This document shows, one piece after another, positions 8,469-18,147 of a stretch of DNA of 64,000 nucleotides. Every line of letters begins with the position of its first letter. The stretch's first letter is position 1. Both the position numbers and the translations under genes were made by a program. Location of the stretch: positions 58,555 to 122,554 of the IMG/VR virus record IMGVR_UViG_3300012347_000211. The stretch is one strand, 5' to 3'. This DNA is from a virus. The notes beneath the pieces are model-generated. The model had not been told where the DNA came from. It ran no database searches and worked only from the letters and a program-made list of their open reading frames with translations.

Positions 8469-10547
8469 TTATGCTGAGAATGGATATCTGATAATAACGA
8501 TTCCGGAACCACCTGCGCCGCCAACAAATCCTGCGTTATCATCAGCGCCGTTGCCGCCATCACCAGTGTTACCTGCCGCTGCTGCACCACTCGTGCCACC
8601 ATATGCATCACCACCTTGGCCTCCAGTCGAGAATGTACTAGATGCTCCAACAACAGAGCTCCAAGAGCTATACGAGGAATTTCCAGTTCCGCCAGCACCA
8701 CCAGCACCTGCCACGCCGTTAGTTACAGCACCACCACCACCGGAACCACCTAAGCCAGGTGTTGCGCCACCGTTCTTGCCAGTACCTGTACCGAGGCCTG
8801 GCGAAGTGCCACCACCACCACCAGGACCAACTTGGCCACCACCACCACCTGAACCGTTTGGTGCCACGCCGTATCCAGCTGTACCAGACCAACCGCCAGA
8901 TCCACCACCACCGCCAGATGATCCTAGTGCACCAACAGACGTTGTGCCTCCTGTGGATCCCATCGATGTCTGACCTGGAGCTCCTGCACCGCCTGCGCCA
9001 ATAGTAACAAGATACGTAGTAGCTGTAATAGGAGTTGTTATGAAACTGAATCCTCCAGCACCACCACCGCCGCCACGCTTAGCACCACCACCTCCGCCAC
9101 CACCAACGATCACAGCTTCAATGGTCGTGCCGCCAGCAGCAACTTGTGTTACAACGAAGTTAGTAGTTGACGTGAACATGTGGTACTTGTATCCACCAAA
9201 TGTTGCAGTTGTTCCGCCCGTAGCAATAGTTATAGGAGCAGTTACGTCTGGATAATTAACAGCAAAGAACCCTTGCTCAGTGGCTTGCACCTGCGACCAC
9301 ATTGCGCCATATGCGCCACCGATCTGAACCGGGCTAGATCTCGATACTCCACCAGTGCCTAGTCCGAGCTGGCCTTCATTGTTGTATCCCCAAGCCCACA
9401 AAGTGCCGTCCGACTTACATGCTGCGGTGATCACTTTTCCAGCAGATACCTGCTTCCAGTTGGTGCTACCAGACACAGTTTGTACAGGACTCGATCTATT
9501 AGTTGTGCTATTGTCACCTAAGTTTCCTTGGAGATTGAATCCCCATGTCCATAGTGTACCGTCGGTCTTAATAGCAGCAGTGTGTCCGAAACCACACGAC
9601 ACCTGTCTCCAAGATCCTCCAGATACTGTTTGTACCGGGCTAGACGTACTTGTAGTAGAACTGTTACCCAACTGTCCAAATACGTTCCATCCCCAACTCC
9701 ACAACGTGTTGTCGGACTTGATGGCGGCCATATGGTATGCACCAACAGACATGGTTCGCCATGTTGTGCTACTACCCGTAACTTGGCCTGGCACTGAACC
9801 AGACTCATCACCAGCAGTACCTCTTCCGAGTTGGCCATAATCATTAGGTCCCCATGTCCACAATGTGCCATCGTCAAGAAGGCCTGCAGAGTTGGTCCAA
9901 CCGCTATAGCTCATCACAGCGATACTCTTCCAGTTAGCAGAAGATGGTGACGGAGTGAGAGTAGGGGATCGGTTTGTTCCATATCCACCAAGTGGCGAGA
10001 TACCCACACCTAACCATCCAGTTAATCCGCCACTATACATCTTCGTTACTGGAACACCAGTAGAATAATCACGAACGATGTAGTATGATGCATCACGCGT
10101 ACTAGCTGCGCTAACAATATACGGTTGAGTGTAGTTGATAGTGTTTGTATTGACGCTACCTGTTATGGTCGGATCAGAAAATAACGCACCGTTTTGGTAT
10201 GTTGTGTCGTTAGTGTCTGGACCGAGGGTCATCTTATCATTCAACCCAACAGCAAATAAAGTACCGTCGTTGCGAGGGATAAGGTCAGCGCCAGACACCA
10301 AACCATATTGATATGCCTGGCTTACGCCACCCTGGTGAAGTGCCCAATTACCAATGTTGGATATCCTTGCAGGAGCAGCGGGTGCGCCAGGGTCCGGCCC
10401 AGTGAGCACACTCTTTCCGAACCTCCACAATTCGCTACCAACGTCTTGTGGCTTAGCCAACATGGACAATCCCGCACGACGGACGAACAGATCCGCAACG
10501 TCAATTGAGGTGTTGGATACTGGGTCGTAAATTTTAAAGTTGGACAT
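8469..10547 (-). CDS. RCC1-repeat protein with C-terminal glycine-rich adhesin-like domain
   Basis: RCC1 repeats in the middle; C-terminus ATGG...YKYHMFTS...VGGGGGGG...GGAGG...GGSGIVIIRYP, the typical Gly-rich phage fibre-tip domain. Confidence 0.82.
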   Translation of the reverse strand: MSNFKIYDPVSNTSIDVADLFVRRAGLSMLAKPQDVGSELWRFGKSVLTGPDPGAPAAPARISNIGNWALHQGGVSQAYQYGLVSGADLIPRNDGTLFAVGLNDKMTLGPDTNDTTYQNGALFSDPTITGSVNTNTINYTQPYIVSAASTRDASYYIVRDYSTGVPVTKMYSGGLTGWLGVGISPLGGYGTNRSPTLTPSPSSANWKSIAVMSYSGWTNSAGLLDDGTLWTWGPNDYGQLGRGTAGDESGSVPGQVTGSSTTWRTMSVGAYHMAAIKSDNTLWSWGWNVFGQLGNSSTTSTSSPVQTVSGGSWRQVSCGFGHTAAIKTDGTLWTWGFNLQGNLGDNSTTNRSSPVQTVSGSTNWKQVSAGKVITAACKSDGTLWAWGYNNEGQLGLGTGGVSRSSPVQIGGAYGAMWSQVQATEQGFFAVNYPDVTAPITIATGGTTATFGGYKYHMFTSTTNFVVTQVAAGGTTIEAVIVGGGGGGGAKRGGGGGAGGFSFITTPITATTYLVTIGAGGAGAPGQTSMGSTGGTTSVGALGSSGGGGGSGGWSGTAGYGVAPNGSGGGGGQVGPGGGGGTSPGLGTGTGKNGGATPGLGGSGGGGAVTNGVAGAGGAGGTGNSSYSSWSSVVGASSTFSTGGQGGDAYGGTSGAAAAGNTGDGGNGADDNAGFVGGAGGSGIVIIRYPFSA

Positions 10548-11193
10548 CTGTAGTGTTCCACTCTACGAGGACAGGATCTTGTTCTACATCTTGCAGGTCT
10601 TGGTGAGTCGTTGCTTGATCTACTAATCCCAGCAAACGGCGCTCGTTGTCGTACGCGTCTTGCACATGAGTATGAACTGCATCAGCAATGGTCTTAAAAT
10701 CTTCCTTGGTTAGATCTATCCAACCCTCGCTGAATTTCCATGCTTTGTCGTTACCAAGAGCATAAAGGATAGCCCACTGATCACGATCTTCGCGCTTCGT
10801 TGAAACTCCGACATTGGTTCCTGATATCGCAACGGTAGTCCCTGAACGCTCACGGTTCCAACGAGCATTAGCAATATGAGCTTTGTAGTTTGGTTTAGCG
10901 GCTTCCAACGGTAGCTCTGAAACTTCAAACCAATATTCAGCTACGTCGCTTGAGAAGTTCCAAAACGGGCCGGTGAGGGTTTCTGATAGTGGGTGGTACG
11001 ATGGACGTGCGCGCTCAATGGCCGCCATAATCTTTGCGGAAGACCCAATATTGATAGGATCATTGTCGAATTTGCTCTGTGGAAGTACTGCCACTATATT
11101 CAACTCTTGTTGAATCTCTGACTGAAATACGTTGCGGTTCCATGACGATGGCCCCCATATCACTTGGCCATTATTTACTAGAATGTATTGCAT
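10534..11193 (-). CDS. DUF4376-like domain protein (fibre-associated)
   Basis: C-terminal KAHIANARWNRERSG...STKREDR...WKFSEGWIDLT...AVHTHVQDAYDNE resembles DUF4376; N-terminal GP..WN...F motif. Confidence 0.65.
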   Translation of the reverse strand: MQYILVNNGQVIWGPSSWNRNVFQSEIQQELNIVAVLPQSKFDNDPINIGSSAKIMAAIERARPSYHPLSETLTGPFWNFSSDVAEYWFEVSELPLEAAKPNYKAHIANARWNRERSGTTVAISGTNVGVSTKREDRDQWAILYALGNDKAWKFSEGWIDLTKEDFKTIADAVHTHVQDAYDNERRLLGLVDQATTHQDLQDVEQDPVLVEWNTTDVQL

Positions 11194-11207
11194 GTTTATT
11201 TCCTAAA

Positions 11208-14200
11208 TTATTTTACGTATTCGAGCGCAAATGTGGTGCCGCTGGAGCCTAGACTTACTTGTCTCCAGTTTGTTCCACCAGCTACTGTTTGAACAGGGCT
11301 AGATCTGTTTGTTATGGTGTTGTCGCCAAGTTGGCCAAGATTATTAGCCCCCCACATCCACATTGTACCATCGATCTTAACTGCGCCTGTAGTACCGCTG
11401 ATTGTCGATACCTGCTTCCAGTTAGTGCCTCCAGTTATAGTTTGGACAGGGCTCGATCTACTTATTGTGGTGTTGTCGCCAAGTTGTCCGAATGCATTCC
11501 AACCCCATGTCCAAAGCGTGCCGTCTGTTTTAATAGCAGCTATGCTCGAGCCAGATGATACCTGTTTCCAGTTATTGCCGCCAGCTATTGTTTGGTTCGG
11601 ACTTGATCTATTTATTGTTGTGCCGTCGCCGAGCGCACCATTTGTGTTGTACCCCCATGTCCAAAGCGTGCCGTCTGTTTTAATGGCTGCTGTGTTGTAT
11701 TCAGACATACTCACCACCATCCAGTTTGTTCCACCAGCTACTGTTTGAATAGGGCTAGATTTGTGTGTTATGGTGTTGTCGCCAAGTTGGCCATATGCAT
11801 TATACCCCCATATCCATAGAGTACCGTTAGTCTTAATTGCTGCTGTTGATCCGCCACTACAACTAACTTGCTTCCAGTCAGTGCCACCAGCTATGGTCTG
11901 AACAGGACTAGACTTTCTGGCAACTGTACCATCACCAATTCCCCCAAAGAAGTTGTATCCCCAACACCACAACGTGCCGTCCCCCTTGATCGCTGCAGAC
12001 GCCCAGCCAGAGGAGCTCGCTCGCTTCCAGTCGTTGCCCGCAGCAATCGTTTGTATGGGGCTAGACTTGTTGACGACTGTATTGTCAGCAAGTTGGCCGT
12101 CGGAGTTCAACCCCCAATTCCACAGAGTGCCGTCTGATTTAATTGCGAGCGTTGAGTGTAACCCACCTTCTACTCGCCTCCAGTTTGTTCCACCAGCTAC
12201 TGTTTGAACAGGGCTAGATCTGTGTGTTATGGTGTTATCACCCGCAGCGCCACGGTCGTTGGCCCCCCAGGCCCACAATCTACACTCATTACTCAGCGGG
12301 TAGCTGTAGTATTGCTCGAATTCGGTAACAGGAATGAATTCTTCGTTCGGATTGAATCCGAGAGGATTAGAAGTATTCCACCATCCCTTTGCATCATTGG
12401 TCATTGTGCCTGCTCGCAATGCAATTGTGGTTTCGAACCCTACAGCGACTTCGGCCCACCCAGCTCCCGCCGCAACGTTTTGCTGCGGGCTTGTTTTTGA
12501 CGTCGTTGTTCCGTCGCCGTGCTGACCATTACTATTGGATCCCCATGCCCATAGTGTACCGTCGGTTTTAACCGCAGCGAAGAAACTGCTACCCGTAGCA
12601 ACCTGCTTCCAATTAGTACCCTTGGCGATTGTCTGAACAGGACTCGATTTGGAAACGAATGAGCCGTCACCGAGGTATCCACTATCGTTGTATCCCCATA
12701 CCCATAGTGTGCCATCTGTCTTAACAGCTGCAGCCCTATATGATCCGTGAGCCGATACTTGTTTCCAGTTCGTACCACCCGCGACGGTCTGTGTAGGTGA
12801 TGATTCATATGTAGTAGAATTGGTGCCGAGTTGGCCATATGTGTTATTACCCCATACCCACAACGTACCATCAGTCTTGATCGCTGTGGCCCAGCCGTCA
12901 GCAAGAGATATTTGCTTCCAGGTAGTGCCTCCGCCTGTAACTTGAATTGGACTAGATGCTAATCCTTGTCCAACAGTTGACCCCCAAGTCCACAGTGTAC
13001 CATCAGTCTTGATCGCTGCTGTTGCTAGTGTGGCAACAGATACGCTGCTCCACGTTCCGCCTGATACAATCTGCACTGGACTCAGTCGAGTGGAGGTTGT
13101 GTTGTCTCCCAACTCACCATACTCGTTGCGGCCCCATAACCACAACGTACCATCAGTCTTGATAGCGGCAGCATGATCTCGTGCTAAGTCGACACTTCTC
13201 CAGTTATATCCCTTAGAGATGGTCTGGATAGGGCTGGATCGGTTGGTAGGCGATCCGTCGCCGGTAATGCCAAAGTCACCTGACCCCCACAACCACAATG
13301 TACCATCAGCTTTGATGCCTGCGTGCGTACGTCCAGTACCAGCAACAGAAACCCAATTGGCGCCGCCTGCAATCGTCTGGACAGGGCTAGATTTCTCTAT
13401 TGTTGTACCGTCACCGAGTTGTCCAAGGTTATTGCGGCCCGCCACCCAAATTCTCGAATCGATCGGTGACGCGGTAGTTCCATACGGCCCAAATCCATCT
13501 GGCCTCGACGCAGGTGTTATGGATTTGCTCGTTGTAGGGTAAGCGTTGGTTGTTAGGTTAAACGGAACTATCGATTGTCCAATAACGGCCGTTGATACTG
13601 CCGTGGAAGGATATAGGTTCGCCTGATAGTGTAGTCTGATATCCCATTTATCGCCGCTACTAGAAGTAGCAATATATGTATCACCGATGGCAGTAAACAC
13701 TCCATCGTTCCACACAACACTCTTCCATGTATCTGCATACAGTTGGATAGGATTCTGATTGACAATGGATTGGATGTATTGGTTAGGGTGGGCAGTATCG
13801 ACCTCCACTAATCCGTCCGCTCTCAATATTACAACAGGGTACGGTGCTTCAGCCGGCACAGCAACACCAACGATTTGATTATTGGATGATGCGCTCACTC
13901 GAGCTAGATTGGTAGTCGTGCTTATTCCGACGTTTGCGTCTACGGTAGCACACCACCTGATCATATCTCCAGTCGACTTACCGACTGTGACAAACCAACC
14001 GCCGCCGCCAACGGGCTTCGTGAATCCAACGGCCTCTGTGGTATCTACAATATCACCAAGAGTGTCTTGGGCTAGTGGTTTACCTTGATCGCTCACTGCG
14101 GTACCGAGGTAGTAGTTGCTGATACTGACCTCGGACCCTGGTACAACTTTGCACCTAGTAACAATCGTATCTGTTGTTGATGTTGTATCCCATGGGCGTG

Positions 14201-16112
14201 TAGCGGAGATAGTACCCACGCCTGATTGATACCCGACCGTGTTGGCTGAAATGCTGCTTACCAGATTTGCTGCAAGCTTTTCTGTCATTCCCAAGAATGT
14301 TTGAGGAAGTAGCTGATTGCGCCACAACCCGTTAGCTGGATTTTCAGAATAGATGACACCAACTTTACCGCTAGTATCGTATACCAGATGGAAAAATCCT
14401 GTTCCTGGCATCGACGCCATAGGCTTGTTTGACTGGACCGAGAATATGTTATACGATGTAGGTAGATGCGATACACCTCTATTCCATGCAGTATTTGGGG
14501 TAGGCAAGGTCATTACCCCACCTTGGTTGCTTGGAATTAACAACACAGATGAAGTCGTAGCGTTTGCTCCTATAGCAACACTAGAGATGTTGGCGGTATT
14601 AGCGGGTCTGTCGATGAATCCATCGGACGGACGCGATGTATGAGAAAACACCCTCGACCACCATGGTCCGGATGAAGGCAGCAGTCCGTCTCTCCTGGTC
14701 CATGTCGCTGTTGTATTGGCCGTGCATGTGTAGAATGACGTAGAGAAGTTTCCAGCAATTGCAACAAACTCATCTGTAGGGGCGTGGTACACAACATCAC
14801 TCCAATATAGTGCTGTGGTTGTGTTGCCCACTGCCACAGAGGCCCACGTCTGTCCTCCATCTACGGATCTAGCAAAAATGGCCGAGTTGGTGGCCGGGTC
14901 ATTAGACTTAGATACAGCAATGACGACGTTTGCGTTTTGTGGAGTGTATCCTGGAACAGTTGATACTGTAACCAACTTGTCCCAATAGTGTTTGGATGTA
15001 TTCGCCAATGCTGGAAGTGCTACTGGTGAACTCCATGTACCATATGTGTTGTTTGACCCATATGGTTTTGTTATAACATATCCTGGCACGACTGTTGGAA
15101 AGCTCGGATTAGGAGTGCGCATCATTGCGATACTTCTGCGCGTACCAGCATTGTATACAGCAGACGCGAACGATGTTGCGTTCGCAGTGTTTGGTATAGA
15201 AACTGTGCTGAAGGTGCTGAGTTTGTTGTTCGCAAAATCATACTTAGCATACGCCAATATGTGTGCATTAGCGCCCTGGAACGTACCTGTAGACGGAAAC
15301 ATCGTCATCCACAAATCTGTTCCCGTCCCGTCATATTCGTCTGTAATCATATCCACAAATCCAGCAACGTGGGTGGATTGATCTACTGGGATAGTGTAAC
15401 CTGTACCTGGTCGCAACCAATTGCTCGATCCGATATTGTTGCTGCTGATTCCTGTATACGCATACATTATGGAAAGAGGGTACGAGCTGGACGCACGAAC
15501 AATATACAACTCACCTACGATCGGAGATGGAAAAATATTAACGTTGTATTTAATGCTATCGATAACTGCGCCACTTAGCGCCCCGTTAGCATTAATGCCA
15601 GAGTAACTGATAGAGTATGGAGGAGACACGTGCAGCTCATTAGCTCCCGTGTTACTATTATATCCTAGGATTACTACTGTATTTTGAGTGGCCGTGTTTA
15701 CTGTCGAGTTGCCAACTGCCCCGAATGTGACACATGCGTCGATCGGAATGAACCCATCAGGAACGCTCGATTCCCTATTCATTAAAGACAGATACCCCTG
15801 TTCAAACGTGAACTTTGGATCTGACGCCCCGCCAGGTACAAACCCAGCGCTCATGCCAACATAGTTTACTCGAGGAGCCTTACCGTCTACTTGGTAGTCA
15901 TATGCAACGCCGAGTGTGGAAGTTCCATACAGAAGAGGAGCTGGACCGACTGTATTGGAAGCTGCTGCTACAGATCCAAACAACGAGGTGAACGATTGAG
16001 GGATGTCCACATTATAGCTTACACCCACACCACCAACTACCGAAATTCCTGAGTTAGGAAACGGGGTTGGTGTATTGGAAATAGTGAAGCCACCAGTTGA
16101 GATTCTTGCCAT
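11208..16112 (-). CDS. Large multi-propeller protein: N-terminal BNR/sialidase-like beta-rich region plus two tandem RCC1 propellers
   Basis: Asp-box-like RSVDGGQTW in the N-terminal half; about 13-14 RCC1 repeats in the C-terminal ~750 aa, split into two blocks by a non-repeat linker (GFNPNEEFIPVTEFEQYYSYPL). Confidence 0.82.
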   Translation of the reverse strand: MARISTGGFTISNTPTPFPNSGISVVGGVGVSYNVDIPQSFTSLFGSVAAASNTVGPAPLLYGTSTLGVAYDYQVDGKAPRVNYVGMSAGFVPGGASDPKFTFEQGYLSLMNRESSVPDGFIPIDACVTFGAVGNSTVNTATQNTVVILGYNSNTGANELHVSPPYSISYSGINANGALSGAVIDSIKYNVNIFPSPIVGELYIVRASSSYPLSIMYAYTGISSNNIGSSNWLRPGTGYTIPVDQSTHVAGFVDMITDEYDGTGTDLWMTMFPSTGTFQGANAHILAYAKYDFANNKLSTFSTVSIPNTANATSFASAVYNAGTRRSIAMMRTPNPSFPTVVPGYVITKPYGSNNTYGTWSSPVALPALANTSKHYWDKLVTVSTVPGYTPQNANVVIAVSKSNDPATNSAIFARSVDGGQTWASVAVGNTTTALYWSDVVYHAPTDEFVAIAGNFSTSFYTCTANTTATWTRRDGLLPSSGPWWSRVFSHTSRPSDGFIDRPANTANISSVAIGANATTSSVLLIPSNQGGVMTLPTPNTAWNRGVSHLPTSYNIFSVQSNKPMASMPGTGFFHLVYDTSGKVGVIYSENPANGLWRNQLLPQTFLGMTEKLAANLVSSISANTVGYQSGVGTISATRPWDTTSTTDTIVTRCKVVPGSEVSISNYYLGTAVSDQGKPLAQDTLGDIVDTTEAVGFTKPVGGGGWFVTVGKSTGDMIRWCATVDANVGISTTTNLARVSASSNNQIVGVAVPAEAPYPVVILRADGLVEVDTAHPNQYIQSIVNQNPIQLYADTWKSVVWNDGVFTAIGDTYIATSSSGDKWDIRLHYQANLYPSTAVSTAVIGQSIVPFNLTTNAYPTTSKSITPASRPDGFGPYGTTASPIDSRIWVAGRNNLGQLGDGTTIEKSSPVQTIAGGANWVSVAGTGRTHAGIKADGTLWLWGSGDFGITGDGSPTNRSSPIQTISKGYNWRSVDLARDHAAAIKTDGTLWLWGRNEYGELGDNTTSTRLSPVQIVSGGTWSSVSVATLATAAIKTDGTLWTWGSTVGQGLASSPIQVTGGGTTWKQISLADGWATAIKTDGTLWVWGNNTYGQLGTNSTTYESSPTQTVAGGTNWKQVSAHGSYRAAAVKTDGTLWVWGYNDSGYLGDGSFVSKSSPVQTIAKGTNWKQVATGSSFFAAVKTDGTLWAWGSNSNGQHGDGTTTSKTSPQQNVAAGAGWAEVAVGFETTIALRAGTMTNDAKGWWNTSNPLGFNPNEEFIPVTEFEQYYSYPLSNECRLWAWGANDRGAAGDNTITHRSSPVQTVAGGTNWRRVEGGLHSTLAIKSDGTLWNWGLNSDGQLADNTVVNKSSPIQTIAAGNDWKRASSSGWASAAIKGDGTLWCWGYNFFGGIGDGTVARKSSPVQTIAGGTDWKQVSCSGGSTAAIKTNGTLWIWGYNAYGQLGDNTITHKSSPIQTVAGGTNWMVVSMSEYNTAAIKTDGTLWTWGYNTNGALGDGTTINRSSPNQTIAGGNNWKQVSSGSSIAAIKTDGTLWTWGWNAFGQLGDNTTISRSSPVQTITGGTNWKQVSTISGTTGAVKIDGTMWMWGANNLGQLGDNTITNRSSPVQTVAGGTNWRQVSLGSSGTTFALEYVK
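11266..12237. repeat. Near-identical nucleotide repeats between RCC1 blades
   Basis: ccagtttgttccaccagctactgtttgaa[c/t]agggctagat[c/t]tgt[t/g]tgttatggtgtt at ~11266, ~11721 and ~12180; accccatgtccaaagcgtgccgtctgttttaat at ~11502 and ~11652. Confidence 0.85.
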
Positions 16113-16116
16113 ATGT

Positions 16117-16163
16117 CGGTTTCAGGAAAAGTTTAATCTGTGTATTTATATTTCCTGAAACCG
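16117..16163 (-). promoter_or_regulatory. Late promoter TATAAATA (16143-16150) inside a perfect 13-bp inverted repeat overlapping the translation initiation region
   Basis: cggtttcaggaaa (16117-16129) and tttcctgaaaccg (16151-16163) flank tatttata; the proximal arm ends 4 nt before ATG 16112. Confidence 0.8.
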
Positions 16164-16168
16164 TATAA

Positions 16169-17605
16169 TCACTGGGTCAGCTTGGTCAACTCCGCAAGTG
16201 GCTCTGCCCAGGTACGTGGCTTTTGTTGGCGCAGGATGGTCACATGATCGCCATACCACGGACTAACACTTCCGGAATGCGACCACACATAGTATGCTGA
16301 GATCGGAATCATTGCATATGTTTTCTTGCCAATTGCAGCAGCAGCGTGCAATACAGACGTGCAAGACGTGATTACGAAATCCATATTCTCGATTGCGCCA
16401 AGCGTGTCTTCCCATGAGTTGAGTTGGCCGGACATATCAATAATGCCAGGAAAATCTTTCAACTCATCGAGTCCTGTGTCTTTTTGAATCGAGTAGAAGT
16501 CAGCATCGATGTGCTTCACCGCTTCGTATAGGTCCTTGAGACGGAACGACCTATGCAGATCATGGTCATATGCTGGATTGCCCTGCCAACGGATAGCAAT
16601 CTTTTTGCGACCATTGCTCTTCTGAACGTTGATGGCTTGGCCTTTCACATATTCAGGATCAGCTTTCAAATACGGACCGTGCCATAGATCCTCATACTCC
16701 AACCCCATCACGATAGGGATGTGCATCGACTGAGCGTAGAATACTTCACCGGATTCTTCTATCTGCGTCAGAGACGTGATGGTATCGACGCCGTTACGAG
16801 CAAACACTTCCAGCAGATCTTTGCGTTCGTTGTATGAATTGAACCAGTATGGACGCATTCCCAATTTGCGAATGTGGTCAACGAATCTGACGTTGATAAT
16901 CTCATCACCGATTCCAGCTTCTGCGTGCAAGATAACAGGACGGCCAGGATATGCCTTACCATCCCATTTGGTGTATGTGTTCTTTCCTTTGCGGTTGTTT
17001 TCTGCATCAAACTTCAACGCATTGTCTCGTGCAAAGATGGACTCGGTGTTCCAGATCTTCATCTTAGCACCCTCTTCTAAGAAGAGTCGCATTCCTTCTT
17101 GGAATTTGTCGCGATAGAGAAAGTATGTACCTAAGTTGAATTTAATCTTGTTGGTCGTCTCGTCACTGAGATCGGGAGCGGTGGTTAGCACATGAGTCAA
17201 GATAGATTCAGCGTTATCCTTCTCATTCAATAAGAAGTACGAGTAGGCTTTTTCCAATTGATTGTCAACATCGTTTGGAATTACCTTCTCGTTTTGGAGA
17301 ATGTATCTCATTGCCTTCTCAGGATAGTTGGCGTGGTTGTAGACGTTGATTAGGTTAGTCCTTGCGACGTACGCCATTTGAGGACTGCCAGCAAGAGTCA
17401 GAGTATGTTCGCTGTACTTCATTGCTTTGTCGTAGTGCTTCAGGTCGAAGTAGCACTTGGCTACATTATCATATTGGGCATAATTCTGAGCACGCTTGGC
17501 GAATTCATCAACAACTTCGAGAGCAAGGTCTTTACGACCAAAATGATTGAGCGTAGCGACGAACGGTGATAGGTCGTTCATTCCTTGTGGTTCTTTGGTA
17601 CTCAT
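16169..17605 (-). CDS. TPR-repeat + GT-B glycosyltransferase (GT9-like, FlmG/FlbA-type architecture)
   Basis: Helical TPR-like N-terminus; WDGK...ILHAEAGIGDEIINVRF (EQGxGD-type motif), IAIRWQGNP...HRS, WEDT...IENMDFVITSCTSVLHAAAAIGKKT. Confidence 0.82.
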   Translation of the reverse strand: MSTKEPQGMNDLSPFVATLNHFGRKDLALEVVDEFAKRAQNYAQYDNVAKCYFDLKHYDKAMKYSEHTLTLAGSPQMAYVARTNLINVYNHANYPEKAMRYILQNEKVIPNDVDNQLEKAYSYFLLNEKDNAESILTHVLTTAPDLSDETTNKIKFNLGTYFLYRDKFQEGMRLFLEEGAKMKIWNTESIFARDNALKFDAENNRKGKNTYTKWDGKAYPGRPVILHAEAGIGDEIINVRFVDHIRKLGMRPYWFNSYNERKDLLEVFARNGVDTITSLTQIEESGEVFYAQSMHIPIVMGLEYEDLWHGPYLKADPEYVKGQAINVQKSNGRKKIAIRWQGNPAYDHDLHRSFRLKDLYEAVKHIDADFYSIQKDTGLDELKDFPGIIDMSGQLNSWEDTLGAIENMDFVITSCTSVLHAAAAIGKKTYAMIPISAYYVWSHSGSVSPWYGDHVTILRQQKPRTWAEPLAELTKLTQ

Positions 17606-18147
17606 GGCTTCACCACCACCAATTTAATACGAAGGTCGCTGTATACGTTGTTGATCTGCTTGGACATTTGGTGTAGTTGCTCGTACTTGCCTTGCGCAGC
17701 TAGTTCAGCATAGTCCTGATCTACTACAAAGTCGTACTCAAGAATCTCAAAGTCAACATCACAGAACAATCCAAACCCAGATGATGAGTTGTGATGTTCG
17801 ATGTGCCACTCGTTATACTTCTTGCTGAACTTGCGCAACATCTCGATAGTGATCGGACGGCGGTGAGTAGGATCACCGAAGAAGTTTTCGTGGCGGTGGT
17901 GTGGGACTTCGATGTCAATGATTGCACCATCTTTACAGATACGGTACAGCTCTTTCATAAAGTCCAAGAACCCTTCACCAATGTGCTCAAAAATATGATG
18001 AGCCTTTACCTCATCCACCGAAGAGTCTTCGAGCGGAAACTTATCCGTCTCTATATTCATCACGATATCAGGATTCGTTGATGCGTCTAGGTCGACGTTC
18101 AGGAACCCCTCGAATTTTTTAAAGCCGCCACCAATATTAATTTTCAT
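17602..18147 (-). CDS. Class I SAM-dependent methyltransferase
   Basis: INIGGG motif I, LNVD, FPLEDSSVDEV...HIFEHI, ELYRICKDGAIIDIEVPH, DPTHRR. Confidence 0.85.
   Translation of the reverse strand: MKINIGGGFKKFEGFLNVDLDASTNPDIVMNIETDKFPLEDSSVDEVKAHHIFEHIGEGFLDFMKELYRICKDGAIIDIEVPHHRHENFFGDPTHRRPITIEMLRKFSKKYNEWHIEHHNSSSGFGLFCDVDFEILEYDFVVDQDYAELAAQGKYEQLHQMSKQINNVYSDLRIKLVVVKP

Noticed and set aside
11266-12237. RCC1 nucleotide repeats as a CRISPR array or DGR
   Set aside because: The repeats are in-frame coding blades at multiples of ~150 bp, with no repeat-spacer layout, no cas genes and no consistent A-directed mutation.
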